From the NCBI RefSeq assembly GCF_001194135.2, contig NC_069003.1, positions 35,737,645 through 35,801,644 of the forward strand: 64,000 nt of DNA, written 5' to 3'. The notes beneath the pieces were generated by a model. It was not told the origin of the DNA, searched no databases, and worked only from the letters and a program-made list of their open reading frames with translations. This DNA comes from Octopus bimaculoides. Lineage: Eukaryota. Of the stretch, positions 37,147 to 50,071 are shown one piece after another; the stretch's first letter is position 1, and each line of letters begins with the position of its first letter. The position numbers and the translations under genes are program-made.

Positions 37147-40100
37147 CGTCACTTTTGTACTACAGTCAAACTGATAGATCTTGATAGAAATTTACAAAGT
37201 ATGTATAATTTAAAGTACACTTGTACATCTCTGATTACATTATATTTCCAAGCAAATTAGCTATTCAAACAATTCAAAAACAAATTTAAAATGTAACAAA
37301 TTATTTTACACATTCTAAATAGTTCATAACTATTTGCTCAGTTATTTGGTGGTATGAAATTAAGAATAACTAGCATGGGTGATAATTGTTAATCATTTCA
37401 CAATTGAGAGGTAAAATGTGTGATGCCCGTACTCTCCTGGCCGTAGATTCAGCTCGCTGCAAGTCTGCTTTCCCCGCTAAGCAGTCGGCAAAGATGAATG
37501 ATGCTTTAATGTTTCAGACTTACCATCAATTGGATATTGTCATTGTGTCACATCAGTAAATAAGTTTCTTGTCACGCTTCTCCTTTGTTTGGTTAATATT
37601 TCTTTGTACAGATTTCACACCAGCATGCCAAGATTTATACGGATAATAATAAAACGAGAACAGAAACGATGTGACATTGGCAGGCATGTTGTATGTAAAT
37701 AACAAAGTTTCGAATGCTACTGAGAAAACATTCTCCACATATACATGGAAGGATTTTGTTCTTGTGTGTGTAGTGGTGGGTGTTTTCTATTTGTTAATTT
37801 TACGCGAATCTTTATTCGAAAATAATTCACGTGCCAGAGGTTTCTCACATGCACATGTCAATGTTAAAGCCAATGTATATAGTACTCTAGGAACTAATAA
37901 AACCCACCCACGCGTAGCTATGTATTTAAATGTAGCAATGTATTAAGGAGAACGATCAGTGAATTTTCTTTTGGCTTTCGAAATTAATTGAACACTTTGA
38001 AAAGTCAGAACAATAAGTTATTTCGATTTTTTCCACATTTAATCCTGTACCTATGTATATTGTCCATTATAACTTTCTATACCTTTCTTATATTCTCTCA
38101 TAACCTTTTGTGTTCCTTCTTACAAATTCGTATTCCCCCATTTTTTCCTGGTGGAAAATCAAAAGATAAATACAAAAATACAGAAATCATTTAAGCATCA
38201 AACTGAGAGTATCTCCAAATGCATATACTTTAGTCTTGACCGAAGTTTGATTCATGACTAAAGTGATTTCATTTCGGGATACTGTTGAGTGGATGCTGGT
38301 TGGGCATGAGGAATGCAGTTGTATCATTTATGAAATTTCAAAAGATCTAAAATGGTAAAGTTACATTCAGGAATCGAAAACGATTATCGGATACAACTTA
38401 TCTGTAGCTTATCTATACGACGTCCCCAGCCTTTATTATAATAATAAGCCCTTTCTGAACGGGTCCTTTTCTACTTTTTATTATTTTGTTTTCGATGTTT
38501 TAAAGTGTTCTGTTTATTATTACTAACGTCATATACATTTATTTCTTCACATCGCTTGCATACCTCATCGCATAAAAAGGGAGGCTAATACTATCAAGAT
38601 AACGACCAAATTATTTTTAGTTAACGTACTCTATTTGATATCACTTTCATTGGAGACGAAGTAGAGAATGAACACAGTTTTGAGTAACCAACCGTTTCAA
38701 ATCTTAAGAAAGTAATGTAAGACTGACTATTCAGTGGAAACAAATACACATCAGTAATAGTCACCTGGCAATAAGCGCATAGAACCGCCTTGCAGTAATG
38801 ATAATATGGTACATTTAAGAATAATGAACTAGAGTCATTCAGTGCAGCTATTGACTTCTTCATAAGGCAAGAAGTCAAAGTTCAAGTGAATAGATTAATG
38901 TATAAGCTCAGAATTTCGAAGCTAAATATATGACATTGTTTATACCTATATCTTTTGGAGGTGTGATTTCATATCTTTTATGAACAATATTATTTGGTGG
39001 ATCAACTTATAACCTACTAAAAATTGCCATGTTATTCATCAAAGCTGTGGTTTGAGAAAATAACCATTATACAAACATTTAAATAAGTTTTAAGCAAACG
39101 TAACACACACACAGTGAAGTTTCAAACAGTAATTTATTGTTTCGATGTAAAGAAATGGATCGTACAAGTATTGATCTCACTGACCTTGAAGTAGCGGTCT
39201 TCACACGTCTTTCAAGCGCGGTGATATCAACACGAATATTGATACTCTTGAATTGTTGCAAGTTTATGGTTGCAGAAAAAAATATGGGCAAGGAAAGAAT
39301 TCCATAAAGCTGACATTCTGGTTGAGGACAGAGAATTATAAAAATAGAAATTTAATGCTCACTGGATGTAAAAGATGGGTGATCTGAGCAGGAGAGATGA
39401 GGTATTCAGGTTTGCTTACGTAGAGGTGTCAAGAGACCAAGTAAGAAAAAAGTTTGAAAGAGTAGACAGCATGTCCGAAGGTAAGCAGTTGAAGTTGGCG
39501 AGTGGCATGAAGTCACTCGCCAAGCCAGTTGCGTGGCCTTTTCTCCAACATGGGACAGGATGAATGCATGTATAAACATATCGGCGCCCCGATTATGGAA
39601 GCAGTATAGCATTGTGAGTATTAAACTTTTAAAAGTTGCCGTATTTCCTGACCTTGAAGAGAAATGGACATCATTGTGCTACACCCCTCGCTACATTCAG
39701 AGCATGTTGGAAGTACTGAAATCACAGTATATCCAACCGTCAACTGATGAAGTTAATGTCCCACAATGCAAGCTGTATATAAATATGTGAGATGAACATG
39801 GATTATGTTTATTCATTCATACATATAAGATATCCTATAATAATATTTTTATAAAAGTCATGCACTTGTCAATATCACCACTCCTCATTTACACTTTTCC
39901 TTAGTAATCTTCCTTTTCCCCTCAAAAACCATCCTACTTTTCCATACCCTTTTTCAAAAAGAATTCAGCTAGCTTTGAATTTAGCCTCAATGGGAGTTTC
40001 AGTTGGTGGCATGCAATAGACTTTTTTTTTTTTTTTGGAAAAATACATAGTCTTAGTTTTTATCTTTATGAAGGATAGTTTAGGTCTTTAGGCTAAAAGT

Positions 40101-43100
40101 TACAGAATATCCGACCATAGACAAAAATTAACACGCTGAGACGTGTTCCTCAAAATGGCATTAAACACAAACTGTTATCTCTCCATATTTTATTTATCTA
40201 ATTTGTCATTCACCTCCTGAATCTTTTCTTTTGACGTTGTTTTGTAATATCTTTTAGCTTTGTTTACAGCATATTTTCCGTCTTCATTATTTACCTTTTC
40301 TTCTTTTTGGCGACTAGCTTAGATGTGCTACTTTTCTTTTCATTATTGTTCTTATTTAATGCGGACGTTCGTTTTTTATTGCTAATATTATTTTACTTAC
40401 CTTTTATTTTCCAGTCCCTAGCATTCTTTACAGGCAACTTATTAGTGAAACGAGAGAAAGCATATAGAACAAGTGAAGTAAATACATCAAAGTACTAAAA
40501 AAGATCTGACTGGGATAAGGTCGAATGAACAAAGCGTAGAGTTGGAATTTTCTGATTGATCAGTTGAAGGGCTATTTATATGTTTTGAAACATTTTTATT
40601 TGTTCCGGTAACATTTTGTTTTGTTTATTTGATCGGCAAAAAGAAAAAAGAATGAAGGTAGATTAAAGTTGTCGGAGGTGATACTTTTAAACAATCAAAA
40701 GGAGCGGAGTGATTTAAAATGTATTTAATCTTTTAAATTTGTTTAACTCTAACTGCACATATTTAGCTGTTTACGATACTGGTAGATTTTCTTGGTGGAT
40801 AGCAATGTGTTTATATTAGTATAATCCATAGCCTGATGACCTGAAATCACATTAGATTAATTGAATGAAAAATTGAAAGCGACGAATAAAATATATCTGT
40901 ATAGTGACCAGAATGCATTTTCAGACAGAAATAGGTTTGTGAACAAATCGGGGTAGCGAGTGTTTAATTGAAAATAAATAATTGCTCTGAAAGATCAGTT
41001 TAGATGTCAGAAGGTTCAAACACAGAGAATCTCCCGAAAGAAATATATATGGCAAAAACCTTACACAATTGATTAAATCCCATGAACGCTGTGTATTTGT
41101 GACTAAGATTTGTAGGTTATTACTTAAGAGAGGTTTAACGTAATTAACACCCAAAATTCGTCTACTAAACTTACATCCGCAAAGGAAAATTCATAATTTA
41201 GAGAAATGATCCTTAATGCCTTCATTACTATTACACTTTTCAAAGTTCAAAACCATAAATAGGCATTTTGTTTATTTGGGCTGTTCTCCTTTTCTTAATA
41301 CGGGACTTTATTCTCTGGTCTTAGCCCTAATATGCTTGTAGCTAACCTGGGAGCAATGCTTCCTTTTATTCAATTTCCTAAAGTGAACGATTGAAAAGAG
41401 GAAGTAGCAAAGACACGCACTTCCAAAGAACAACATACAGAGTTTTGTTTAAAAGAGAGATATACTTGGTGGTGGAAGTTTTATTGACAGGTGCAATATG
41501 ATATCCTCCGGCGTTAAAGAGAAATGAAAACAACAAATTTTGAAGAATAATAACCATTATAATGCTAGGATAGAAAGGAGACGATAACCAGTGGAGAATA
41601 TGGTAAGACTTGAAGCTTATGCAAATAGAGGTTTGTTCATTTTATGATTATGTTAGTGAACTGTCGTTATTTAAATATCGCATGCCATTTTTGATGGTGA
41701 AAGGACGGCGTAATTATCGAATACCATAAACCTTGATGCATTCAATTTTATCATCTTGCTGACTTAATATTGGAAAGTATAACAAATTATCTATATTTTC
41801 AAGTTTTCCAGTCGTATTTGTAAGACATAGATTCTCACTTTAGATCAGACGTTTCCAGCGAGTGTACTGTAACATACTTGTGCATCGTTTATGGCTCGCA
41901 GACGTATCTGGTTTCTGAGAAACTTGAAAAAAATGTTGAGATATTAAAAAAAAAATTAGCATTTTTAATACACCATAGCGCTGCATGTGAATTCCTTTAC
42001 AATTAAGTCTGTCTACAGGCATGTGTGTGTGTGTGTGCGTGCAAGTGTGTTTGTAGATGTGTGTGTACGTGCGTGTGTGTTTGTAGATGTGTGTGTAGGT
42101 TTGTGTGCGTGTGTGTGTGTCCATCTCCATTATAAAACAATTATAATACTGGCATAGAGACAAACTGACAGACGGACAGAACTTTTAAAATCTGTTGGTA
42201 TGACAACGTGTCACTTGCACCTTCATTTGGTGTGCCGTCTATTAATAAATGGCTGAAAATCACTAATTTAGAAGCTTCTTGTTGAATCCGTTTCTAACAT
42301 GAATGACGCCAACTGTTAAAACAAAGTTAATTCGTTTTAGACCGAACACCATAATTATTGTAATGCAGCAGCATTACACTCCTCAAATTACAATAACTGC
42401 TTTGACAAAATTTCATAAAAAGTTCTTCAATTGAAATATGCTTAGTCTCTATTACATGCAGAAATTATCAATATGGACTGTGAAGCGAGTAACAACTTCA
42501 CCCATTTTATGTAGAAGTGACAAGGCTCGTGAACTTTGCTGATCATCTCAGACTGGTGAGATCGAAGCAGTTTACGTTCAGTTTCAGTGTCAGGAAATCA
42601 ACGTCTGTACGAAATACGTATTAAATGCGCAAAGTGAGCTTTCAACGGCAGATGTAACGATGTAACAATGGCTTTAAGCCTATGGTACATATTTATCTAT
42701 CAACAAGTTAATCCTAGAAAACTGTGAACAATATCTACTCCCAAAAGTTGCGACAGTTGGTTGTAAGAAATAAATTTCAGCAGAATATAAACCCCTGCGA
42801 AGGGTTTATGTTGGCCTCATTGAATACTTTTACCTAATTGATATGTTATCTAATTAGGATTAGAATAAGATGAGAATTACAATATCACAAATTTCTAAAA
42901 TCTTAACTCTTACTTTATTCAATTGTTTTTATTTCTTTTTTACGAATGCCGACTATATCATAGTTTATTAGGTTTTGCTTGAAGCACAGTAAAGATCGTT
43001 AAATTAAAGACAATTATTGCAAATATGTGTTCCAATTGGCATCAATTTTATCATCACGAAATATTTAATCAAGTATTCATTTTCTCGTTTTATTTTTGGT

Positions 43101-43566
43101 CTACTTACCAATTAATACTACATTCGCTAATTAATATCATGTTTCTAATAAGCTTTCTTGTGCTGTTTGCTCTGCACTGAGTTTCAAAGATACACCTTTG
43201 ACACTTTTTGCGTCAGAAATGCGATGGACCAGTGGTTGATCCGTTGGAAAAGACGCTGTTGTTTCTATGTTGCTATATATAATACAAAAGAATAGAATAA
43301 CTAAGTCTATGATCTTTCATCTTAACATGTTCCATAGAGTAACGATCGTTAATTACTAGACTTTATTGACAAAAACTAAGCGAAGATAAAAAGGAGACTT
43401 CCACTCAATAGATATTCAGAAAAACAATAACTTTTCTTAGAAAATATTTTTGAAATAAATTTACATTCATTTAATAAAGGAAGATTAATATATAGAGAAA
43501 GGCAATGTAGTTGAAAGAGGGGACATCATAGGTTGCTCGCACACATACCACACACGCACATACACG

Positions 43567-43605
<39 letters not shown>

Positions 43606-43703
43606 ACGTGTATATAAACATATGTATATATGTTTGTATCTATGTATGTGTTTATGTAGTTTATGTATGTATGTATACATCTATCNNNNNNNNNNGTGTG
43701 TGC

Positions 43704-43748
<45 letters not shown>

Positions 43749-43777
43749 TATATACACACACACATACATATATATAT

Positions 43778-43825
<48 letters not shown>

Positions 43826-45114
43826 TTGAAATATTATTTTCTCTGCTGTTTAATCAAATGTTTTATTCGGGACTTCAGTACACTTTCCCTTAATCTTCCA
43901 AGCATTAAATATTTCTTATGAACAATAATAAAGCTATAGATTTCTCTTTTCTTTTGTATTTTCATTATTTGAAAACATTTATATTCGTTTAATTTCTATA
44001 CCTATATAAATACTGATAAGTGCCGTAAAGGCTAGAGTAACTTTATAGTTTTAACATTTCTCTGCCGGTGAGCAATTTAGTAATCTCTACATTACCTTCC
44101 GCACGAGCGATCTACATGGGTGGCTTTTTTGTTGTTTTTGACATTATCTTACTATATGCGTGGAGAGTTTTCATTTTAATCTGAGAGCGACTGTTTTACC
44201 TCAATATAGTCAACGTTTTGACAGAAGTTGTATTGTATGATATAAAGAAATGAACTTTAAAGAGTGACTTCGTAAAATAATATGAAAACTATCACTTCCT
44301 CTTCTACGTTTCCTTGCTTGTCCTCCACTGACTTTATGACCAATCTTTCACACCTATCATAAACCCTCGATTTCAGTAAAAATAGAAAAAAAGGAACATA
44401 AATGAGAAAGCACCGACTTAGGCCAACAACGCAACTATTGGCTATGATCTCTGCCGCTTTGACACTTCACTAGATACAGGTAAATAAACATAAAAAACGT
44501 TAATACAAAATCCAAACAAATCCTAGGGCTTCATATAAAATATCCAGAAGCAGCGAATTGCTTTATTGAATGCATAAAATCGGAATTCGCCAATTTTCAA
44601 TCGTTAAATATATAAACCTATCGAAAAAAAAGTGTGGTAGTAATGAAAATACATCCAATAGAATTAGACAAAACTTCTACACATATGTGATTACTATCCA
44701 TGGAAACCGAAATGTCATTCACTAGGACAATGGAGAAGCTACAATAGGTTATCATAATATTTATATTTATTCGAATGTCGTTGACAGCACCAGAATCAGC
44801 AAATGACTTCAATTGTATCGTGTTTTAATTATTTATAATTATTATTAATCTTAAAGGAAATCTGTTTCTGTAAAATGTTGTAAAGCAAATTTATATAATT
44901 TGCTGATGTGTGGATGTGTGTATATACTTATATACACGTGTATAGGTATACTTTTAATGCAACCACTCATATAAATGCGTGTACCTTGTGGGTGGGGAGT
45001 GAGTGTGACATATGTTGTGATATGAATTACATCTATTTCATCAGATACTCTGCTAAAATTAATATAATACCAATAACATTCTCACTACTTTTACGAAATA
45101 TTTTATCTCACACG

Positions 45115-45147
<33 letters not shown>

Positions 45148-45368
45148 TCTCTCTCTCTTTCTCTCTCTCTCTCTCCCCCCTCTCCCGCTCTCTCTCTCAC
45201 ACTCACACATACGTACATATTTATACACAAACAGAGATGCATATAAATAAATATATATGTGTGTGTGTGCGTGCGTGTGTGTGTGTGTGTGTTTTTTTTT
45301 ATGCATGTATATAAAAATTCAGACACGCCAAGACTATAAAGTGTGACAGAAAATGGTGCGTCAAAAAG

Positions 45369-46140
45369 TGGCCACATGGAGAGGATGGATGAGGAGCGGA
45401 TAGTAAGGAGGGTGATGTGGCCAAACCACCTCACTCTATATCCCACTTTCTCAGCCAACCCCCACCCCCATCCGCCGTCACATGTGATCCCAGATACTTA
45501 AAAACACTCATCTCCTCTAACATCTCACCATTTATACTCACATCCATCCTCCCAGCCATTCCATCTCTCGAACATCTCATCACCTTACTCATAGTTTCTT
45601 CCTCTCACACACACTTCCTTACTCTACCACCAGTCTCCTTAGTTGCTCTTCTGGATCTGCCACCAGTGCTATATCATCAGCAAACAACCGACTCACCTGC
45701 CATTTTCCTCCATTTTCTCCCACCATTTGGGCTCCCCTACCAAAGTTTCTAGCATTTACCTCTCTCACCACACTATCCATATATAAATTAAACAGCCACG
45801 GAGACATCACACAACCTTGTCTTAACCCCCACCTTCACATCAAACCACTCACTCACTTCACCACCCACCCTAACGCACGCCTGACTTTCTCTGTAAAATC
45901 TCTGAACAGCTCTCAACAATCTACCATCTACACCATACAACCGCAACACCTGCCACATTGCATCCCTAACCACACGGTCTTATGCCCTCTCTAGGTCCGT
46001 AAAGGCCCAATACACCTCTCTCTCTCTTTTACCAAAAACTCCTCAAACATCTGCCTTACTACAAATATCTGATCTGCACAGCCCCTTCCACTCCTAAAAC
46101 CACACCACTCCTCCCCTAGTATAATCTCCGTTTGGTTCCT
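45369..46140 (-). mobile_element. RTE-clade LINE reverse transcriptase relic
   Basis: GFRSGRGCADQIFVVRQ; VYWAFTDLERA*DRV; LRLYGVDGRLLRAVQRFY; MSPWLFNLYMD; LFADDIALVA; VFKYLGSHVT; RWFGH. Confidence 0.93.
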
Positions 46141-46713
46141 CACCCTAGATTATAGAGAATCAACCCTAGATTATAGAGAATAAGATTTGCCCATGTTGTC
46201 ATACAATGAGATCGAACCCGGGTGCTTATTGTTGCGTTACCATTTGGCTGTACACTCCCTCCCGCTTTCCCTCCCCACCAATCTACCTACATACATACAT
46301 ACATACATACGTATAGTAATTCTTCATTTTCTTATAAATTGGCCAATGTTTTAATTGTCGATTTATAGAATGGAGAAAGGAGGAAGAGAAGGCAGGATTA
46401 TGTCTTGGTTAAAAACGAGGAGGTTCCCCACCTTCTCGCCCATCCTTCGCGACTGTTCCTGCTTCCTGTATCAGTATATTCTCTTCTTTATACCCCTCTA
46501 TTCTTACAGAACATCCTCCTTCCTCCTCATTTAAATCTTCTAACTTGTCTCCCACACACCTCATTTCTCTGCGTTTAACCTTTCACTTTCCCTCTTTCAA
46601 TTTCCTCTTTATTATTACGTCTACCCCATAATTCTCTCTTTCTTTCTCTCTCTTCCTTTCTCTTCCTTTCTCTTTCTTTCTCTCTCTTCCTTTCTCTTTC
46701 TCCCTCTCTTTCT

Positions 46714-46759
<46 letters not shown>

Positions 46760-47143
46760 GCTTCCACATTATTTCATCGCTTATATTATCTTAGTAACCA
46801 ATCTTTTCATTGTTCCCCTAACCTTTTCTCTTGTTTCTTCCCTTACGGAAATAAAGAAAAATAAATTTTAAAATTATATTAGAATATATGTATGCTCTTC
46901 ACTCTTTAATATAAATTCTTCGACATGTTAAACGCTAGAACCGATTTTCTCCCCTCCGGTAGCTGTCAACCACATGTTATTTCTTATACTTTTTCTCTCT
47001 TTTTAAGCTACTTTCTGCTTCATGAACATGGATACAGAAATAATGAAATAATTACGTAAGACCATGCATCTCCTTCTGAAAAGCATGTCCATTAAACATA
47101 GATAATTTGAAAGAAACCATGAATTAAATATATCTACACTGTT

Positions 47144-47318
47144 AGCGCAGACGTGGCTGTGTGGTAAGAAGCTTACTTTCCAATCACATGGCTCTGGGAT
47201 CAGTCCCACTGCGTGGTATCCTGGACAAGTTTCTTCTACTATAGCCTCGGGCCGACCAATGCCTTGTTGGGTAGATTTGGTACAAGGAAGCTGAAAGCAT
47301 GGCTGAAACAAGTAAAAG
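47144..47318 (+). mobile_element. Type B SINE with the central and 3' body deleted
   Basis: Head and ctactatagcctcgggccgacc are joined almost directly to the family 3' end gctgaaacaagtaaaaga. Confidence 0.85.
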
Positions 47319-47404
47319 ATAATTTTTAAAGTTTTTCTTTAATTATTGAGAATATTACGTTCTCTTGTTGGAGATCATGATAATGATATACATATATATA
47401 TATG

Positions 47405-47437
<33 letters not shown>

Positions 47438-47456
47438 GCGTGTGTGTGTATACATA

Positions 47457-47658
47457 CAGGGTGGCCCAAAAGTAGGTTTACAGTTATTCAAGTCTCTCTT
47501 TCGCATTCATATATTAACAGTTTAGATCTGAAATGTAAAAAAATATGAAACCATTATTCTCTGCTAATTTAGTTAATTGTAAGATAAAAATTTGAATGTA
47601 ATAAAAAGTTTTAAAAGTGCCTACGTAATAACTGTAAACCTACTTTTGGGCCACCCTG
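47457..47658. mobile_element. 202-bp Tc1/mariner-type MITE
   Basis: Perfect 32-bp terminal inverted repeats (cagggtggcccaaaagtaggtttacagttatt at 47457-47488; its reverse complement at 47627-47658), with TA on both sides (47455-56, 47659-60). Confidence 0.95.
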
Positions 47659-48236
47659 TATATATNNNNNNNNNNNNNNNNNNNNNNNNNNNNNNNNNNN
47701 NNNNNNNNNNNNNNNNNNNNNNNNNNNNNNNNNNNNNNNNNNNNNNNNNNNNNNNNNNNNNNNNNNNNNNNNNNNNNNNNNNNNNNNNNNNNNNNNNNNN
47801 NNNNNNNNNNNNNNNNNNNNNNNNNNNNNNNNNNNNNNNNNNNNNNNNNNNNNNNNNNNNNNNNNNNNNNNNNNNNNNNNNNNNNNNNNNNNNNNNNNNN
47901 NNNNNNNNNNNNNNNNNNNNNNNNNNNNNNNNNNNNNNNNNNNNNNNNNNNNNNNNNNNNNNNNNNNNNNNNNNNNNNNNNNNNNNNNNNNNNNNNNNNN
48001 NNNNNNNNNNNNNNNNNNNNNNNNNNNNNNNNNNNNNNNNNNNNNNNNNNNNNNNNNNNNNNNNNNNNNNNNNNNNNNNNNNNNNNNNNNNNNNNNNNNN
48101 NNNNNNNNNNNNNNNNNNNNNNNNNNNNNNNNNNNNNNNNNNNNNNNNNNNNNNNNNNNNNNNNNNNNNNNNNNNNNNNNNNNNNNNNNNNNNNNNNNNN
48201 NNNNNNNNNNNNNNNNNNNNNNNNNNNNNNNNNNNN

Positions 48237-48311
<75 letters not shown>

Positions 48312-48576
48312 TTGTATATTTCTATGTATATGTGCGTGTTCGTTTGTGTGTGTGTATGTATGTGCGTGTGTGTGTGTGAATACTCGTGTGTATGCATATG
48401 CTACATGTGTGTATTGGCTGTGCGAGTGCTTGTCTTGATAGTGGTTTGCGTGTGTGCGTGTGTATGTCGTTGCCGAGTTGTTAGTGGTTATATAGTAAAT
48501 ATATCCACAGAATTTCCAATTTCAGCTTATTAGCCTGGTATATTTGAAATTCTTTTATTTCAGTGCTGAGCACTAT

Positions 48577-48580
<4 letters not shown>

Positions 48581-48667
<87 letters not shown>

Positions 48668-48677
48668 CTCTCTCCCC

Positions 48678-48714
<37 letters not shown>

Positions 48715-48732
48715 TCTCTCTCCCTCTCTCTC
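48581..48732. repeat. (CT)n microsatellite
   Basis: Directly visible. Confidence 0.97.
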
Positions 48733-49109
48733 TTGTATACATTTCTCTTTAAGTGCTGACAGTTATATGTTTATAAACACACATAATACATACAGAAATG
48801 CACACATACACACAAATACATATGTATAAACGTAATTATATATACACACATAAATGTGTGTGTGTCTGTGTGTACATATATGTAGCCATCTATGGGTTAT
48901 AGCTCATGTATATACACCGTCGACAGGTAAATTACTAGGGTTTTCCTTGACGATAAAATCTCTTATGGACGTGTGTGTTTGAAACAATATTCATTGGAGG
49001 GAGACAAAAAAAAATGTTGCAAGCGAGAAACCCAGATGCATTTCTGACTTGATAGGCTTTGTCAATGATGTGTACTCACAGGCCAAAGAGCTCTGGAAAT
49101 AACCCATGA

Positions 49110-49270
49110 CCCTCAAGCTGAAAGTCCTGTAGAATAGACGAGTCAGTTGATTCTCTGACATCCAAAGTTTTCTTTGAGAGCGTCGGCGCTATTCTCCGTC
49201 CTAGTTCTCTAGAGAAAGCTAACATAGATGTTCCCCAGGCCATATTGCCCGACTGGTAGAGGGCTGTGAG
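49110..49270 (-). mobile_element. CRE-clade LINE C-terminal relic
   Basis: AWGTSMLAFSRELGRRIA...DVRES..SILQ resembles the recalled CRE C-terminal motif ETLGxWG...ELGRRI...DxRE...QRxS..LQRGN. Confidence 0.5.
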
Positions 49271-49989
49271 TGCTTGACAACATTCCAGAAGATACAGAGG
49301 TATAGAGGTTGAATTCAAAGTGCAACATCGGTAAAGCTCATCAAAAAGCACTTAATATCACTTTTTCCCAATCCCAAGTGTATATTCTGATGGCTGCTTG
49401 ATATTAGATAACACTTGAGGCCTTATAAAAGACCTCAAATCCCCTTTGCATGGAATCTACATTAACCATTAAATGAAAACTATTTGGCCTCACTTTCGAC
49501 GCATAGCTTCATCCATTGATCTGTTAACTCGTCATTATAAGCAACAGAATCAGTTTTAGTTTTTTGCTTCTTGGCTGGGGTTACTTAGTTCACCAATTTG
49601 GAAGATTGCTTTGTTTTTGTTTTTCTTTATTTTTCTTTATTTATTTATTTTAGAGTGTCATTTAAAATTATTTACGCTATGAACAATTTGTTTCCAGTGA
49701 AGAAAGCAACATACGATCAGATTCTGCGGTGTGTATATAGAAAACGGTATAGATGTTGATAATTACTTGTGCTTCTATAAATACATTACCTGTCAATAGC
49801 AGCATCTCAGCATGGTCACAGTCTCTGGACTGGAACTAGTAAGACTTGCTATAACGGAATTAGATTATTGTCCCAAAACTACTTCTTCTTTGCTACTGCT
49901 GCTATTCTTGCAGCTGCTTCAACTATTCTTCCTACCACAATAGCAGTAGTTGTTGTAGCAGTAGGAGGAATAGTAAAAACAACAACAAC

Positions 49990-50070
<81 letters not shown>

Positions 50071-50071
50071 A
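49990..50071. repeat. (TAA)n microsatellite
   Basis: Directly visible. Confidence 0.97.

Noticed and set aside
37553-37738. PYKSWHAGVKS and CEIC fragments resembling a C2H2 zinc-finger linker
   Set aside because: The fragments are in different frames and no complete Cx2C...Hx3H unit is present.
38830-38878. 10-bp hairpin (38851-38878) followed on the minus strand by CTAG, like a Helitron 3' end
   Set aside because: The hairpin is AT-rich and 18 nt from CTAG, and no 5' TC end or second copy is visible.
39300-39800. Possible CR1-type APE relic on the minus strand
   Set aside because: Only vague GDF-like and FLT fragments are present, too weak to call.
40401-40437. Possible 37-nt minus-strand exon (LPVKNARDWKIK) with a consensus AAG/GTAAGT donor; similar isolated pairs near 42514-42554 (+) and 52059-52088 (-)
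   Set aside because: Too short to assess, no recognisable homology, and such sites are expected by chance in 64 kb of AT-rich DNA.
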